A stretch of DNA of 63,854 bases, the filler included, from Dugesia japonica (taxonomy: Eukaryota): the NCBI GenBank assembly GCA_001938525.1. It is 5 parts of 5 records of this genome, joined end to end, with 100 filler letters (N's around TTAATTAATTAA, not from the genome) between each part and the next. Parts side by side here need not be neighbours in the genome. Positions count along the whole stretch, not along the records: positions 1 to 9,742 come from MQRL01601910.1; positions 9,843 to 22,375 come from MQRL01636057.1; 3 more parts are not named here. One strand, 5' to 3'. Below the pieces are notes generated by a model. That model searched no databases. It worked only from the letters and a program-made list of their open reading frames with translations, and was not told the DNA's origin. Positions 1 through 12,560 of this stretch are shown piece by piece (within the stretch, counting starts at the first letter, position 1; every line of letters begins with the position of its first letter). The position numbers and the translations under genes are program-made.

Positions 1-93
1 CTTTACATTTTTAGACCTTTGTACAACAGAACATATCTGACGTAAAATGTATAAAACGTTTACAACACAATATGGCTGTATTTGTTTGATATT

Positions 94-1000
94 TTATTTG
101 TTATTTGTTTGCATTGTTTGTGTTTTTATGAAAAACTTTGTTTCATTTTGTCTGTTGAATGTTACGTGTTTTGTTTGTTTGGGTATAGGATATGGTTTCA
201 TTCTTCTTAAATTAACTTTCGTTTCCTTGTCGTTTATGATGAAGATAGCGATATTTTTGTCGATTTTTAGGAGTTTGTCTGGACCTGAATATTTTGATTC
301 GAAGCATGTTGTAAAAGGAATTTTTACTAATGCATAGTTAGTTGTGAGCACTGTTTTGTTTTGTGGTTCGATTTTGTTTTGTTTAAAAGTGCTCATTAAT
401 TCTCTTGGTTTAGCTTCATTATCGGCATTTGCTTTTTTTCTGTGTTAATTGTTTTGTTTTATTTTAGATTAGGAATCAGTGTTTGTTTTCCCCATACCAT
501 TTGGCTTGGGCTATGATTGTTGATTGAGTTTGGGTTATTGCGTAACCCTATCAATATTTGTNGTAATTTCTCGAGCCATGTTCTGTCGTTAGCGATTGTA
601 CGNAGACTTTGTTTTAATGTTNTGTGCAATCTTTCTATCTTCCCGTTACATTGTGGGTTGTATGCAGTCGTTCTGCTCTTTTTTGTGTTGTATTTGGTGC
701 ACCAATTCTTGAACAGTTCGTACTCGAATAGTCTACCTTGATCAGTTATTAGTGTTTTTTGTTGTCCGTATCGAGCGAACCAGTTTAGTTCAATATTTTT
801 GTTGCAGATATTTCTTTTAGTGGTAGTACTTCGAACCAGTTTGTTTTTCTGTCGATTATCGTAAGTAGGTATTTGTATCCGTCGTTTGGTGGTAATGGTC
901 CCACTATATCTACATGTATGACTTCGAATACCTTGCTACTGGGGAAATTGACTTTTTCTGTTTTAATATTTTTTGTTGGGACAACCGGGGTGTATGATAT
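94..1000 (-). mobile_element. Ty3/gypsy integrase fragment (degraded)
   Basis: Minus-strand translation gives FEVIHVDIVGPLPPNDGYKYLLTIIDRKTNWFEV, LITDQGRLFE, TTAYNPQCNGKIERLH (rve D-D-E core) and a C-terminal ESKYSGP (GPY/F-like). Frameshifted. Confidence 0.9.
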
Positions 1001-1449
1001 GTTGAATAGTTTTGTTTCTAAATACTTTTTTTATATTATCAAAATAAAAAATACAGATATTANATTAATGAAATTTTTTTTTAAAAAATTTATTAAATAT
1101 AAAACCACAAATAAATTTACTGTTATGTTATTTTCTTTATACTAAATCGAATCTTTCTCTGGATAAGGATTGATTGTTTCTAATTTTGCTTAAACTATAT
1201 TNNNNNNNNNNNNNNNNNNNNNNNNNNNNNNNNNNNNNNNNNNNNNNNNNNNNNNNNNNNNNNNNNNNNNNNNNNNNNNNNNNNNNNNNNNNNNNNNNNN
1301 NNNNNNNNNNNNNNNNNNNNNNNNNNNNNNNNNNNNNNNNNNNNNNNNNNNNNNNNNNNNNNNNNNNNNNNNNNNNNATACTTGCATGTATGTATGTATA
1401 TGCATGCATTTCATTAAAAAAACATTTTTGTGAAAAAACAATAACATTA

Positions 1450-2350
1450 CATGGTGGATGGACAATTATGTTATGACTATGAGGACGTCCATACGGAACA
1501 CAGAATATTTGTTACAAGATCAAAAATAAAAATTCAAATGACATAAAAAAAGGATTGATACAAGTTAGGACAAAGAGAGGTCAATACAAGAGATAAAACA
1601 GTGGAGCTCCTTTTACATGGATAGAACCTGACATACAGGTTCTGGCATACGAAACTGGAGAGAACAAGACAAAAACAACAGTAACTACAATTGATACTAT
1701 ATGGAACAAAAATTGATGAATCTAATAAGAATGAAAAAGAGCTATTAAATTATAAAAAAGAGATCCGGACTATTTGATATGCCCATAGTTTTCAGTATGC
1801 ACTACTATAAGCATTTCATGTACTATATTCAATACGAAATTGATACAGACCAGTGTGGGGTGGAAATGAGAATCATTGCCAAATGAAACAAGGATCATGT
1901 GTTTTGCATATATTAAAATTCTACCCTTACAAAACCAACGAGATATAATGGATAAAAAGAAGCCGAAAAATTGAGAAAATGAAAGACGTTCTGTCATACG
2001 GTGAATAAAACCCGCCAGAAATTCAAATAAACTGGTCAGGAAAATTCGCTGTGTTGTCAGTAAAACAAGAAAAAAAGCAAAACATGCACATTAGACAATA
2101 TCGGGCTTCTAAAGATTGGATCAACAGCGATCTATTAATAGAATATAATAGAAAAGAGAAATTAACATGAATTATGAAAAGGGGTTTGAACTAGAATATA
2201 TGTTGGTACAGAAATTATCACCATATAAAACGACAAAGACAAATGACAAGATGCGAGAAAGAAAATAGATATCGAATACTAAAACAGAAAATAGTACAAG
2301 AAAAAGGAAGGATAACGACCATCATTAGTACTAGGAGTACTAACGAGATA
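1450..2350 (+). mobile_element. Heavily degraded gypsy pol (RNase H-like) remnant
   Basis: IVFSMHYYKHFMYYIQYEIDTDQ resembles the RNase H motif AIVF..KHF..YL....F.I.TDH; many stops. Confidence 0.45.
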
Positions 2351-3109
2351 AAATAGATTGGAAAAGCAATTTCAGTGCGGGAACCAAAGTGAAAATAAAA
2401 AGTGAAATCAAAATAATAGATAAAGATTCTTGTATATATTCCTATCTAAAGAATGTTGCAAAGTTTCAAAAATTCTTATTTTCGACGATAAATATAAATA
2501 ATTTTCAAATTAATTCGTTCCAGTTGATTGGATATAATCTTCTAAAATGAATGTATGTATTGTTGATATGAGATATATTTGTATCATTTTGATAAAAATA
2601 TAAATTTGATTTAATTCAATTCTTGATTCTAACTAATTAAACTATAAGTTTGTTATCATAATCTTTTATATTCTAACTATTCATGATTATTATATTATTA
2701 TTATTCCATAAATTCTGGATTTATAGTTGATAATGAATTTTCATTGCTATATTTAATAATGTTCATTAACTGTTTATTCGATAGAGAAAGATACTATTAT
2801 GATATGAAAGGAAAAACAGCGGGAGAATAATTCATAACAGTGAACAAATCTGTAATATCTTGAAATGACAACAATAAAGAAATTAGCGATTATTCTTTGT
2901 CCTATTAAGTTGAAAATAAAGTCATGCACTCTCGGTTTAGTCTTGAATGATGAATGAGCCGGTACCTGCTTAAAGTGAACGACCATAATAGTAAGAATGA
3001 TTTAATAAATGTGAAATTGTTTTTTAAAGAAAACCATGCTCAAATTTATTACCGTTTTTGACAATCATATTTTACAAATTTAATGATCATGATTAAAACC
3101 TTGTTATGA

Positions 3110-4340
3110 AGACGTCACGCCCGATCAAGCTAAGAGAAGCCGAAAAGAGTTTGAGTGACGACAGTTGGAGTTTCCGAACAAATACACCGAATGACATGCC
3201 GAATCTGTGGGACTTACTGGGCCTGGAATACTGATACCAAACTCTGGTGGGTTATGCATGGTAAGTTGAAATAGAAGGAAGATTATATACTAACATTGGA
3301 AAAAAGGATATCTCAACAAGAATGACAAAACACAGAGAAATTGGAAAGACCCGGTAGCTTGCGAAAGCGCATTGATAATCAGAAGCAATTATACGATCAA
3401 CAACTGACAACTTTTGTAGTAAAGCAAGAAGAACGGGTAAAGGAATTAGTAAGGCTGCTCATCCGAGCAGTGGAAGTCTCTAAGCAACAAGAGCATTTAA
3501 TTAAGACAATGAGACCCGCTCAACTCAAAGCACTAAATTATACGAAATGTTATCCTCAATGATCGAGACGGTGCTCCAACAGATACTTAGTCCTATGGAT
3601 GATAATATTATTACTATTAAAACGACAGTGTGATTGTCTAAATTTGACAATATAATATTTCTCTTAGTCATTTTGTTCTTTATAAAATTAAGATGCTAAT
3701 ATAAAAAAATTTTAGTTTTGAAATCAATTATGAATTCCTTATTAATGCGATAATTAAATTAAACATTCAAATATTCTACCAATAGATTGTCTAATTATTA
3801 TTCAGTATCTAATGCAAAAAAAATCACAGAAAGCACCTCAATAGCAGATCTTACAAAAAAATCAAGTTTAATGAACCAAAACTCGAGACGGAGATAACCA
3901 AGCTACAACAAAAGAAAACAAGGTTAAAAAATCGACAGATCAAGTTCAAACAAAGACATTTGACGCTGACACAAACCAGCAGAATGATGGCTAATATAAT
4001 TAAGTCATACACCGATCGAGAAAGCATACTCATCACGACGGTTCATACATTAAGTCAAACAATGAAGTAAAATAAAGCAGTTGGAAGAGTTGGGAGTAAT
4101 TAACTTATTGATCCAGACAGGTAGCCAACCATGTGTTAATAAATGTTATTTACTAATTGCCTTACGGTTTTTTATTCATATAAAATTTTGATGGAATGAG
4201 ATACAAAACTGTAGAGACAAAAAAATAAATTGAAAACACAAAACGGGATACCGCATAGTCTCGAATAGACTCGGGTAGATCATCCAACAAATGGAGTGTT
4301 GCTAAATTTCTGACGGCTTTAGGATATCTACCCCTGAAAG
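3110..4340 (+). pseudogene. Unassigned spliced helical-protein family, copy A (probably retroelement/LTR-derived)
   Basis: GC-richer exon-like blocks separated by AT-rich gaps. Block ~3845-4066 encodes EITKLQQKKTRLKNR...NIIKSYTDRESILITTVHTLSQTM and ends at a GTAA donor (4067). Aligns to peptides at 27.1-27.3 kb and 59.6-59.8 kb. Confidence 0.55.
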
Positions 4341-5647
4341 ATANNNNNNNNNNNNNNNNNNNNNNNNNNNNNNNNNNNNNNNNNNNNNNNNNNCATGATG
4401 AAAGTAACAGCGAGGACAAAACAAAATCAAGAGAGATGGAATGAACCATGTTAAAACAACAAAAATCTTGCAATATATATAATTTTGAAAATTAATTTTA
4501 TAATAGTTTTTTACCGCATTAACTAAATTATCAATTCTTAAAAGTATTGCATATTAATATTCGAAGTCAAAAAAAGTTAAAATTATCTCTACATTTATAT
4601 TTTTATTCAAATATATATTTTCCTATAAATTTATGATTTTTTAAATAATAATAATAATAATGATAATAATAATAATNNNNNNNNNNNNNNNNNNNNNNNN
4701 NNNNNNNNNNNNNNNNNNNNNNNNNNNNNNNNNNNNNNNNNNNNNNNNNNNNNNNNNNNNNNNNNNNNNNNNNNNNNNNNNNNNNNNNNNNNNNNNNNNN
4801 NNNNNNNNNNNNNNNNNNNNNNNNNNNNNNNNNNNNNNNNNNNNNNNNNNNNNNNNNNNNNNNNNNNNNNNNNNNNNNNNNNNNNNNNNNNNNNNNNNNN
4901 NTAGGAAAAATAGCTATTTATATAAAATATTGGACAAAATTCATTATTATCATTTTTCTTTAACCAATTACAAATTTAAATGTGAAATATTCAGCAGCCA
5001 ATTAAAATTGAGATTGTATTTTTACTGAATAACGGTTTTCATACATACGAACTTTTATTGAAAAAAATTATTTGTTTTATTAAACTGATTATTAAATTCA
5101 AAAAATATTTAGCTTATATTAATCAAAAAAAATTAAAATAATTAATTAAGGATGACATAGTTATTTATTTATTTAAGTCAATCAACACGAGTAATTTGTT
5201 GAGTGTAATTGATTTCAAAAATCCATTGTGTTCAAGTTTAAAAATTAATTAAAATTTATTTTGAAAATATGTAAACAGCGCCCAGCACTTAATTTTATCA
5301 GTTTTGCCAAAATGTTATTGTTTTTTCACTGCCGTTACTATGTAGTTTAATGGAAAGTTTTTCACGTTTTTTTTATACGACGATTTTTTAAGCAACATTG
5401 AAAAAGTTCTTATCAATAATCCTTGCTAACTTCATTCCATATTGGTGGCATGTTTGTTGTTTATATCAGTACTTCTAAACTAGTAGTCAAATTATAAGGG
5501 AAAATCTCTTTTGATGTTAATATCCTACTGTCCTTAATTTTTTTTTGTTGTCAATGTTGCTGTCTTAATCGATTTTATAGGTACATCTAAATCTGATGGT
5601 TGCTGAATTTTCTTATTAACCATGAGAGATATAAATTTCGCGCTTGT

Positions 5648-5827
5648 TGTTATATAAATGTGGATATTAAATACTAAGATGATTAGCAAGTAAAAATTAT
5701 ATTTGTAATAATATCGATATATTAAAACAAAACAAATTCATTTTAATATTTTGAATATTTAATTCTTAAAATTCAATAATTTGAATTTATATATATTTAA
5801 ATATTACTATAATTTAAATATATCTCA
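5648..5827 (-). repeat. 3' LTR (~180 bp)
   Basis: Aligns end to end with 8443-8622; preceded on the minus strand by the PPT. Confidence 0.88.
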
Positions 5828-8442
5828 TTCCTCCCTTTGCTTTACCGATATTAAGAATTCGGAGTCCTTGTCATTCTGTCTTGGTAAAATCTTTTGATAT
5901 CACTCTCAAATGGTTGGTTAGGTTGTACTGGTAAGGCTGTTTTCTGTTTACTTTTAACTGATATTTCTGTGCTCCATGACTTGTAGGAAAGTTCGTGCCT
6001 TGCTATTCTTTTGACTTGGTTGTACTTTCTTTGAATTTATGTGTTTCCATTTTCATCAAGCAAAGTGTAAGTCCAGTCATTAATTGTCTTTATTAATTTA
6101 AATGGTCCAATATATCGCCTTTTAAAACCATCATGTGCATAGTGTTTTTATCAGCACTTTAACGTCAACTTTAATTTCATCTCTCCATCGATATTTGTCT
6201 TGTTTAGCTGATGTAACTACATTATGGTATATGTTTTCTTACATGGCCATGAATATTCACAATATTTCTTTTTAAATGTTCTACATATTTATCATGATTC
6301 TTTGTGATGTTCGTTTCTCTCCTTTCAGCATTTGACATATCGATTCTAGGTTTCCACACAAATACTATTTTATATAGAGAGCACTTAGTCGTATTTTGTG
6401 TTGTTGTTCGTAATTAATATTCTATTATTGATAACATTGTACTTTAATCTTGAATTTGCCTGTTTTCTAGTACTAAACTAATCATATGTTTAGCGGTTCT
6501 AAATAATCCGTTTNNNNNNNNNNNNNNNNNNNNNNNNNNNNNNNNNNNNNNNNNNNNNNNNNNNNNNNNNNNNNNNNNNNNNNNNNAACTAAATTTACTA
6601 CCACAATCCGAGTGAACTTGACTAGGTATTCCAAACTTGTATATTCAATGTTTCCAAAGAGCTGCACATACAGTTGTATATCTTCAGTTGTTATTTTCGC
6701 AATAAAGAAAAGACAGTACCAATTACATTGTATGAAGCATTTGTATCTTAGATATATTTACCATCTTTTGTTGCAAAGCTAGTATTGGTGGTTCTGTCAA
6801 CCTTTTACGTAGCTTGTAAATTTTCATCTGTCCACTGAAATTTATTTCCTTTTTTAGCATCAAACTTGAGAAGTTCTGATGAATTTGCATAATTATAAAT
6901 GAATAAACTCTTCACCAATTCCACTTGCATCTACATTTTCAGAAATCGTTATTTTATAACATTGATTATCATTATAAATCTCACGAGTCTCTATTGATCT
7001 AAATCCTGTAACACTAATTAAAAGCACGGTCATTGTTAGTTTTTTACTGACTCAGATAGAACTGTTTTTGAAATAAATGGAATCTTAAAATTATGTATTA
7101 TTATTACATTATTAGCCGCATTAACCATTATTTCGTATTTCTTCTTCGTTTTAACTCCAATATATAGATGTATAAATATATTTGCCATAATATAAATTAC
7201 GTGTGTTGTCATTACAGGTATAACTGACATATCTAATTGTATCTTCCCAAATATTCTTCTGCTGTACCATTTGCGCATGTTACTTTTGTCATAAATTTAA
7301 AACTTCTTACAACAAAGTGTTTTGTTTAGATACACTTGGTTAATTCCTGGTTTATAACATTAAAATCAGCGCCCGTATCAAACATAGCATTTACTGGTAT
7401 CCCTGCAATTTGACATTCAAGAATTGGTTTATTTCTTGGTTTTTCTGGCTTTGACATTATTGTTGGTTCATATGTTTTAAGTGTTTCACTTGGCCGTGCT
7501 ATATTTCCTTCGATAAAATTAACATACTTATCCTCGAGTGATGGTTTAAACGTTTTAATTAATTAAGTAGATTTTTGAATGTTCCAAGATGAAATATTTT
7601 ACTTATCGTATTCACTTGATTGATGTAATTTTCTTCTTCTGGTTCCTCATTGTTTACGGATTCTGTTTGCTTCTTTTCTATCTTAAATTGCTTGTTTGTT
7701 TGCAGTTTCTTTTAAGATGATAATTCGCACACCTAAAACAGTTTTTGAATTTGCAGTTTCTAGCTAAATAGTCCTTTTTTAACACATGTAAAGCATGTTA
7801 AATTGTGTCTCATTAGTTCGAAAATTTCATTCTTTAGTTTTTCTATTTCAATTTTCAAATTCTGTTGGCGTATATTACATAATACATTTTCATTCATTTC
7901 GCAGTCATCTGTCATCTTTTCATCTTTTATACTTTCTACTACCTCTTCCAATGATTTTGGTTCCAATATTTTTAGTGCGTTTGCCAATTTTAAATGTCCC
8001 AAATAATTTTATTACGATTTTTTCTTTTTTCAAGATAAAACGCTGTTCTCCATATGAATACGCTTAGCAAAATCCGTCCCCCTCTCAATACTGCATTAAT
8101 TCAAGTATCAAGATAGCTTGGTTAATTTTTGATTGTTTAACATCCAGTAAATTGATAAGATGTTTTTCCAAGTAATCGATATCTACCTTGGTACTTTTAA
8201 AGCTTGGATCACATTTTATTTTGTTCATCAGGTTGTCGTCAAAATATTTACTAAATATAGTAATTCTCTCATCTGCGGTTGTGCTACAAGCGTCGAATAA
8301 AAATTGATAAATTCTTTGACGATTTTTAGGTGATCTCGATTACTTACCGAGCTTTCATTATTTTTTCTGAACTGGGACAGCTTAGCTTCATTTTATTTAA
8401 ACATGCATTTCTGCAGAAAATGTTTCTGCTCATTTGACGCAA

Positions 8443-8622
8443 TGGTATATAAATGTGAATATTAAATATTAAGATGAATTATAAGGTAAATATATATTTG
8501 TAATAAAATTGCAATATTAAAACAAATCAAATTCATTTTAATTATATGAATATTTAATTTTTAATATTCAATAATTTGAATTTTGATATATTTCAATATT
8601 ACTATAATTTAAATATATCACA
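8443..8622 (-). repeat. 5' LTR (~180 bp)
   Basis: Aligns end to end with 5648-5827. Confidence 0.88.
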
Positions 8623-8629
8623 CTGGTAC

Positions 8630-9200
8630 TGTAGATATACATATAATTTCCTAATTTGGAAACCTATTTAGTTCATATTTGAGAATATGATGTAGATTTA
8701 ACAATTTAACTCTGAGATTATGAAAAACCATCGGCAACTGCATATATATTTTTCTATTTAAATTACTGCTATTACGTACATGCTACATCTATGTATTTTC
8801 TAGTAAAGTGATCATGGTCGCGAACTAGTTGTTTTATTGCTTTCTACACAAATGACATATAGTGGTTACAGCAAACTAAATTTCGTGAGCAGAAGTAATC
8901 ATACTTTTCATGTTACCATGTTGTAAATAGTAAGGATTCACTACATTATTGGTTATATTCTCAACGTCTTCTAAAAACTTGAAAACACAGTCTTCCCCGA
9001 TAAATTTGCCTGTGCAGTTTTATACTAGCAACAACCCTGTAGAAATTCGGAGATGTTTCTGATGATGAACCAAATCTTTTGGTAAAACTGATATCAAATC
9101 AGCATAAATAACAAATGAATGAGTCATCATTTTTAATTAATTTTTAAATTCGAAAGTCTGGAACATGGGCATTTTGTACGTGGTAGTTCATGTTTGAATT
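8630..9200 (-). mobile_element. Polinton/adintovirus-type protein-primed PolB, N-terminal/exonuclease-region fragment
   Basis: HSFVIYAD..., FIGEDCVFKFLEDVE, ICHLCRK...LVRDHDHFTRKY and LPMVFHNLR match the PFVIYADFE / GEDCV / CHIC..VRDHDH.TG / PVVFHNL motifs of this family. Confidence 0.85.
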
Positions 9201-9229
9201 TTGCTAATAAGTTGATTTATGTGACTCGA

Positions 9230-9590
9230 AAACTATATTGTCCTTTAATACATTTTAACCCTGTCCAACTATTCAAGCAACAAATCTACTAAACCAAAAG
9301 CTTCGCTCGCTAACTTAGTTTATCAATAGTAACGGGTTTAATGACACGTTCATTAGAGAGACAAAACATCATCTTCTCACACGTATTAGCGAGTATATGC
9401 AATTGAGTAGGAAAGGTTTGGTTTTGAATCATGCCTGTTGTTGGGAAAATAGAAAAGGCATAATAAAATCAATAAGTTTACAGTTTTGAACAGCGATTTT
9501 GGTAACTATTTTGAAAGAATTTCCTGTGAAGCTTTGATAATTGGTCGCATAATTTGTTCTTTAATACTCAGATTGACACATATTATCTTT
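9230..9590 (+). mobile_element. Penelope-like element GIY-YIG endonuclease C-terminal remnant
   Basis: ANLVYQ...FIRETKHHLLTRISEY...FTVLNSDFGNYFERISCEALII resembles VVY...YIGETKRHL.TR..EH...F.IL.....R.I.EAL.I; followed by a hammerhead motif. Confidence 0.75.
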
Positions 9591-9681
9591 TAAATTTATT
9601 TTAATTTTATTTTATTCGATTAATTACAGGAAATGGTTTTATTGGCTAGTATATAACCACTTTCCTAATATTTTTACAACA

Positions 9682-9723
9682 GTAAATGATGATAGACATA
9701 GATTTGTCCGAAACATGTCTTAC
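9682..9723 (+). ncRNA. Minimal type I hammerhead ribozyme motif (mutated), Penelope-associated
   Basis: GTAA-[A]TGATGA-T-AGACA-tagatt-TGTCC-GAAA-CATG-TC-TTAC. Stem I GTAA/TTAC, stem II GACA/TGTC, palindromic ACATGT in place of stem III, GUC cleavage triplet. Core C3 changed to A. Confidence 0.7.
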
Positions 9724-9742
9724 AAATAAAAATTTTATAACA

Positions 9743-9842
9743 NNNNNNNNNNNNNNNNNNNNNNNNNNNNNNNNNNNNNNNNNNNNTTAATTAATTAANN
9801 NNNNNNNNNNNNNNNNNNNNNNNNNNNNNNNNNNNNNNNNNN
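9743..9842. other. Artificial contig-join spacer
   Basis: 44 N + TTAATTAATTAA (stops in all six frames) + 44 N; identical at four positions. Confidence 0.95.
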
Positions 9843-11260
9843 AGATCAAGTTGATGCAGTTAGAAGTTACGCAAGAGTTACAAATCGAAATTATCAGAAA
9901 CCGGTAAATCATACAGAGAATAGACATGTGGAGCAAAGAAAGGAAAAACAAAATATCGAATGTTGGTTATGTCATGAGATTGGTCATACTAAAGCAAATC
10001 GTCCGATATGAAAAGAGGTAGGGTGCTGGAGTTCTCATAAAACAGGACATAAAAGTCGAGATTGTCCAAATAAAAAACCAACAAAATGTTTTAGTTGTGG
10101 AAAGGTTGCAAAAAGTGAGTTGTAAACGATATGGTAATGGTGGACATAAAGAAAGTTGGTGGAAGAGTGCTATACAAATTTGAAAGCGAAAAGAACAAAT
10201 GAGAAATTTATGACCAAGATCAAGAAACCGATATAATCGAGTATATGCGATTGAAGATGAAGATGTCAGTACAAACGATGGAGATACTGACGATGGAAAA
10301 GTATATGAAAGTAATTCTAAAAGGCAGTACCCAAAAGACAGGGCTCCACTAGTAGAGGAGTTGGTTGTTAAATGAAGTTAGAAATTATTCTCAAGGGGTC
10401 GAAAAGTGGGATGATATAGGAAAAGTTACAGAAAAAGTAAACAGGTTCTTAAAGAGGGAAACTTTGTGTATGATAGAAAAGTAGATTGGGTTGAAAAAGT
10501 TGAAGCAGAAAAGAAAACAAATATTTTGTACCATAAATTGCAAGGCAGACTAAGGGATACGGTATCAATTCAAGGAAATAAAATCGAATGTCTATTAGAT
10601 ACATGGGCTCAAATTAACGTGATGAGTTTGAGTTGTTTCAATAAATTACGAGAAGTAAATTTAGAAATGAGAGATGAAAGATTGAGTTGTGCACTTGAAA
10701 TTGTTGGGAAAATTAGAACTGGAGTGATAATTGTTAAGAGTTTCTGAAAATTTTAAGAGTTTCTTAGTTTCTGAAAGAGTAACACCAGATTTGATGAATA
10801 GATATGCAGAAGATGTTTTGATACCAGCTTATGCGAAAAATCGATAACAAAACGGTTTAAAAAAGTCAAAATTTCCATTTGCAATATTGATGCAAAATTT
10901 GGAAGACAAATAAAAACTTTATTGCGATTGAGAAGAGCTTTAAATATTTTGAAGATTAAAGAGGATCAACGGTTATTGAAAATAATTGAAAGTAAAAAAG
11001 ATCTGTCAAGACACAAAATAATCACAAGTGGTGAACCAATCAATGTTAAACCGTATAGACAACCAATGAACTTAGAATCTNNNNNNNNNNNNNNNNNNNN
11101 NNNNNNNNNNNNNNNNNNNNNNNNNNNNNNTAGAATCTAAAATTGAAGAAGCTATCCAAAACCTTTTCGAGAATAATATTATCCGGAAATGCAACTCTCC
11201 ATGGGATACCCCATTGAAGTGTGTTTTGACAAAAGAAAAGAAAGACAATAACCTCTCTGT
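9843..11260 (+). mobile_element. Ty3/gypsy gag-protease-RT fragment (degraded)
   Basis: Zinc knuckles CWLCHEIGHTKAN, CWSSHKTGHKSRDC and CFSCGK; protease CLLDTWAQINVMS; RT N-terminus HKIITSGEPINVKPYRQP...IIRKCNSPWDTP. Confidence 0.9.
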
Positions 11261-11339
11261 AATAGAATTGGTTGCAAAACGATTAGAAATCAGCGTAAAC
11301 TTTGAAAGGATGAGTTGTAGTCTTTGAATAATCATTAAA

Positions 11340-12560
11340 TAATATTTCTTTCTTTATCGGCATCGTATAAAGAGTGGAATCAGTTTGAATCCTATCACAA
11401 AGAGGTTAATGATTCTGAAACGCAGTCTTATTTCTTAATCCATTCAAACAATGCAGATAGTAGATCTGATTCACATCTCATTATTTCTTACATCAACCTA
11501 TTTAGATTCAAATATACAAATATCAGTGTAATGATATTTATTTTTATCATCTAACAATAAAAGATTCTTTTTTGTTCCCCTCAACCTTACTCATATTAAT
11601 TATTTCCAAATTTGGATGTTTCATTACAAATTCATTGTCATCACAACAGAGAGAGAATTCCAATACAAGATAAATATTGAAAGTTTTCCTTTTCAAACTT
11701 CCGGATATTAGACAGCCTTGTTGGCATGTCAGAAGGGTGAAATACAAGTTCACCTAGATATTAATCATATTTTCCCTCAAAATTGCTATCTTTTTAATAA
11801 TATCTTTTCTTTTAATTATTGCAAGAATACCAGATAAAAAGCAAAGATTGTTGCTATTCTTAACGTTAACTATAGCCTTTTTATCTTCTAAATCTTCTAA
11901 ATTCAGCGACTTCCTGACAACCTATTTTTTTTGAAACTTTAGTCAATTTAAAAGAAATTTCTAAAATACGGTTTAATGTCCAACTACTATTTCATTTCTA
12001 ATAACAATTTTCTCATTCAAATGCTTAATGCCTACTTTAAAAAATCATCAGTTAAAGGGACAGCTCTATTAGACAGCCTGCAAGTCTTAATTTTTACATC
12101 CTTAATGAATTCAACTTCTATACCAACTTGAATTTTAATATTTTTCAATTTTTTTAATTAAATAGATAATTTCTTTAATAACTTTTCGGTCAGCAAAACA
12201 TTTCTCATATTATAATTAGAAACATCTAGTTTTAATATTCCAGAATATTTATGTAAATGTCTTCAAACGATAGGATCATCAAGAGTTTTTTTTATCTGAA
12301 CAATATACTAGCATCTTTGCTACCATTTATTCTTCAGTAAAATCTTTGTGTGTTGTAAAAATTGAAATTTTTTTAAATTTTGGATGCTTCAGATTTCCAT
12401 AAAAAGTTGATTTAAAAGTTTTAAATTTTCATAATATTTTAACAACATGAACAGTTTGATCTGCTTCCTATAAAAAATTCCAATAAAATATTTGTCCAAA
12501 CTAAAAAACTTGAAAAGATATTATAGCTTAAAAATCATAAAAAAATTCCCAAATAAATAC
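11340..12560 (-). mobile_element. Polinton/adintovirus-type PolB N-terminal fragment
   Basis: SSWTLNRILEI, KKAIVNVKNSNNLCFLSGILA and HCLNGLRNKTAFQNH; same motifs as the 53.2-53.9 kb ORF. The start region is homologous to 24.5-24.9 kb. Confidence 0.8.

Larger units (their letters stand above)
5648..8622 (-). mobile_element. Internally deleted Ty3/gypsy LTR retrotransposon with both LTRs
   Basis: Direct repeats 5648-5827 and 8443-8622, both TG...CA. Polypurine tract GCAAAGGGAGGAA (minus) at 5828-5840. Flanks CTTGT/CTGGT form a 5-bp TSD with 1 mismatch. Internal gag remnant with knuckle-like CFTCVKKG, protease NAMFDTGADFNVI (~7350-7400) and integrase remnants at 6.0-6.8 kb. Confidence 0.88.
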
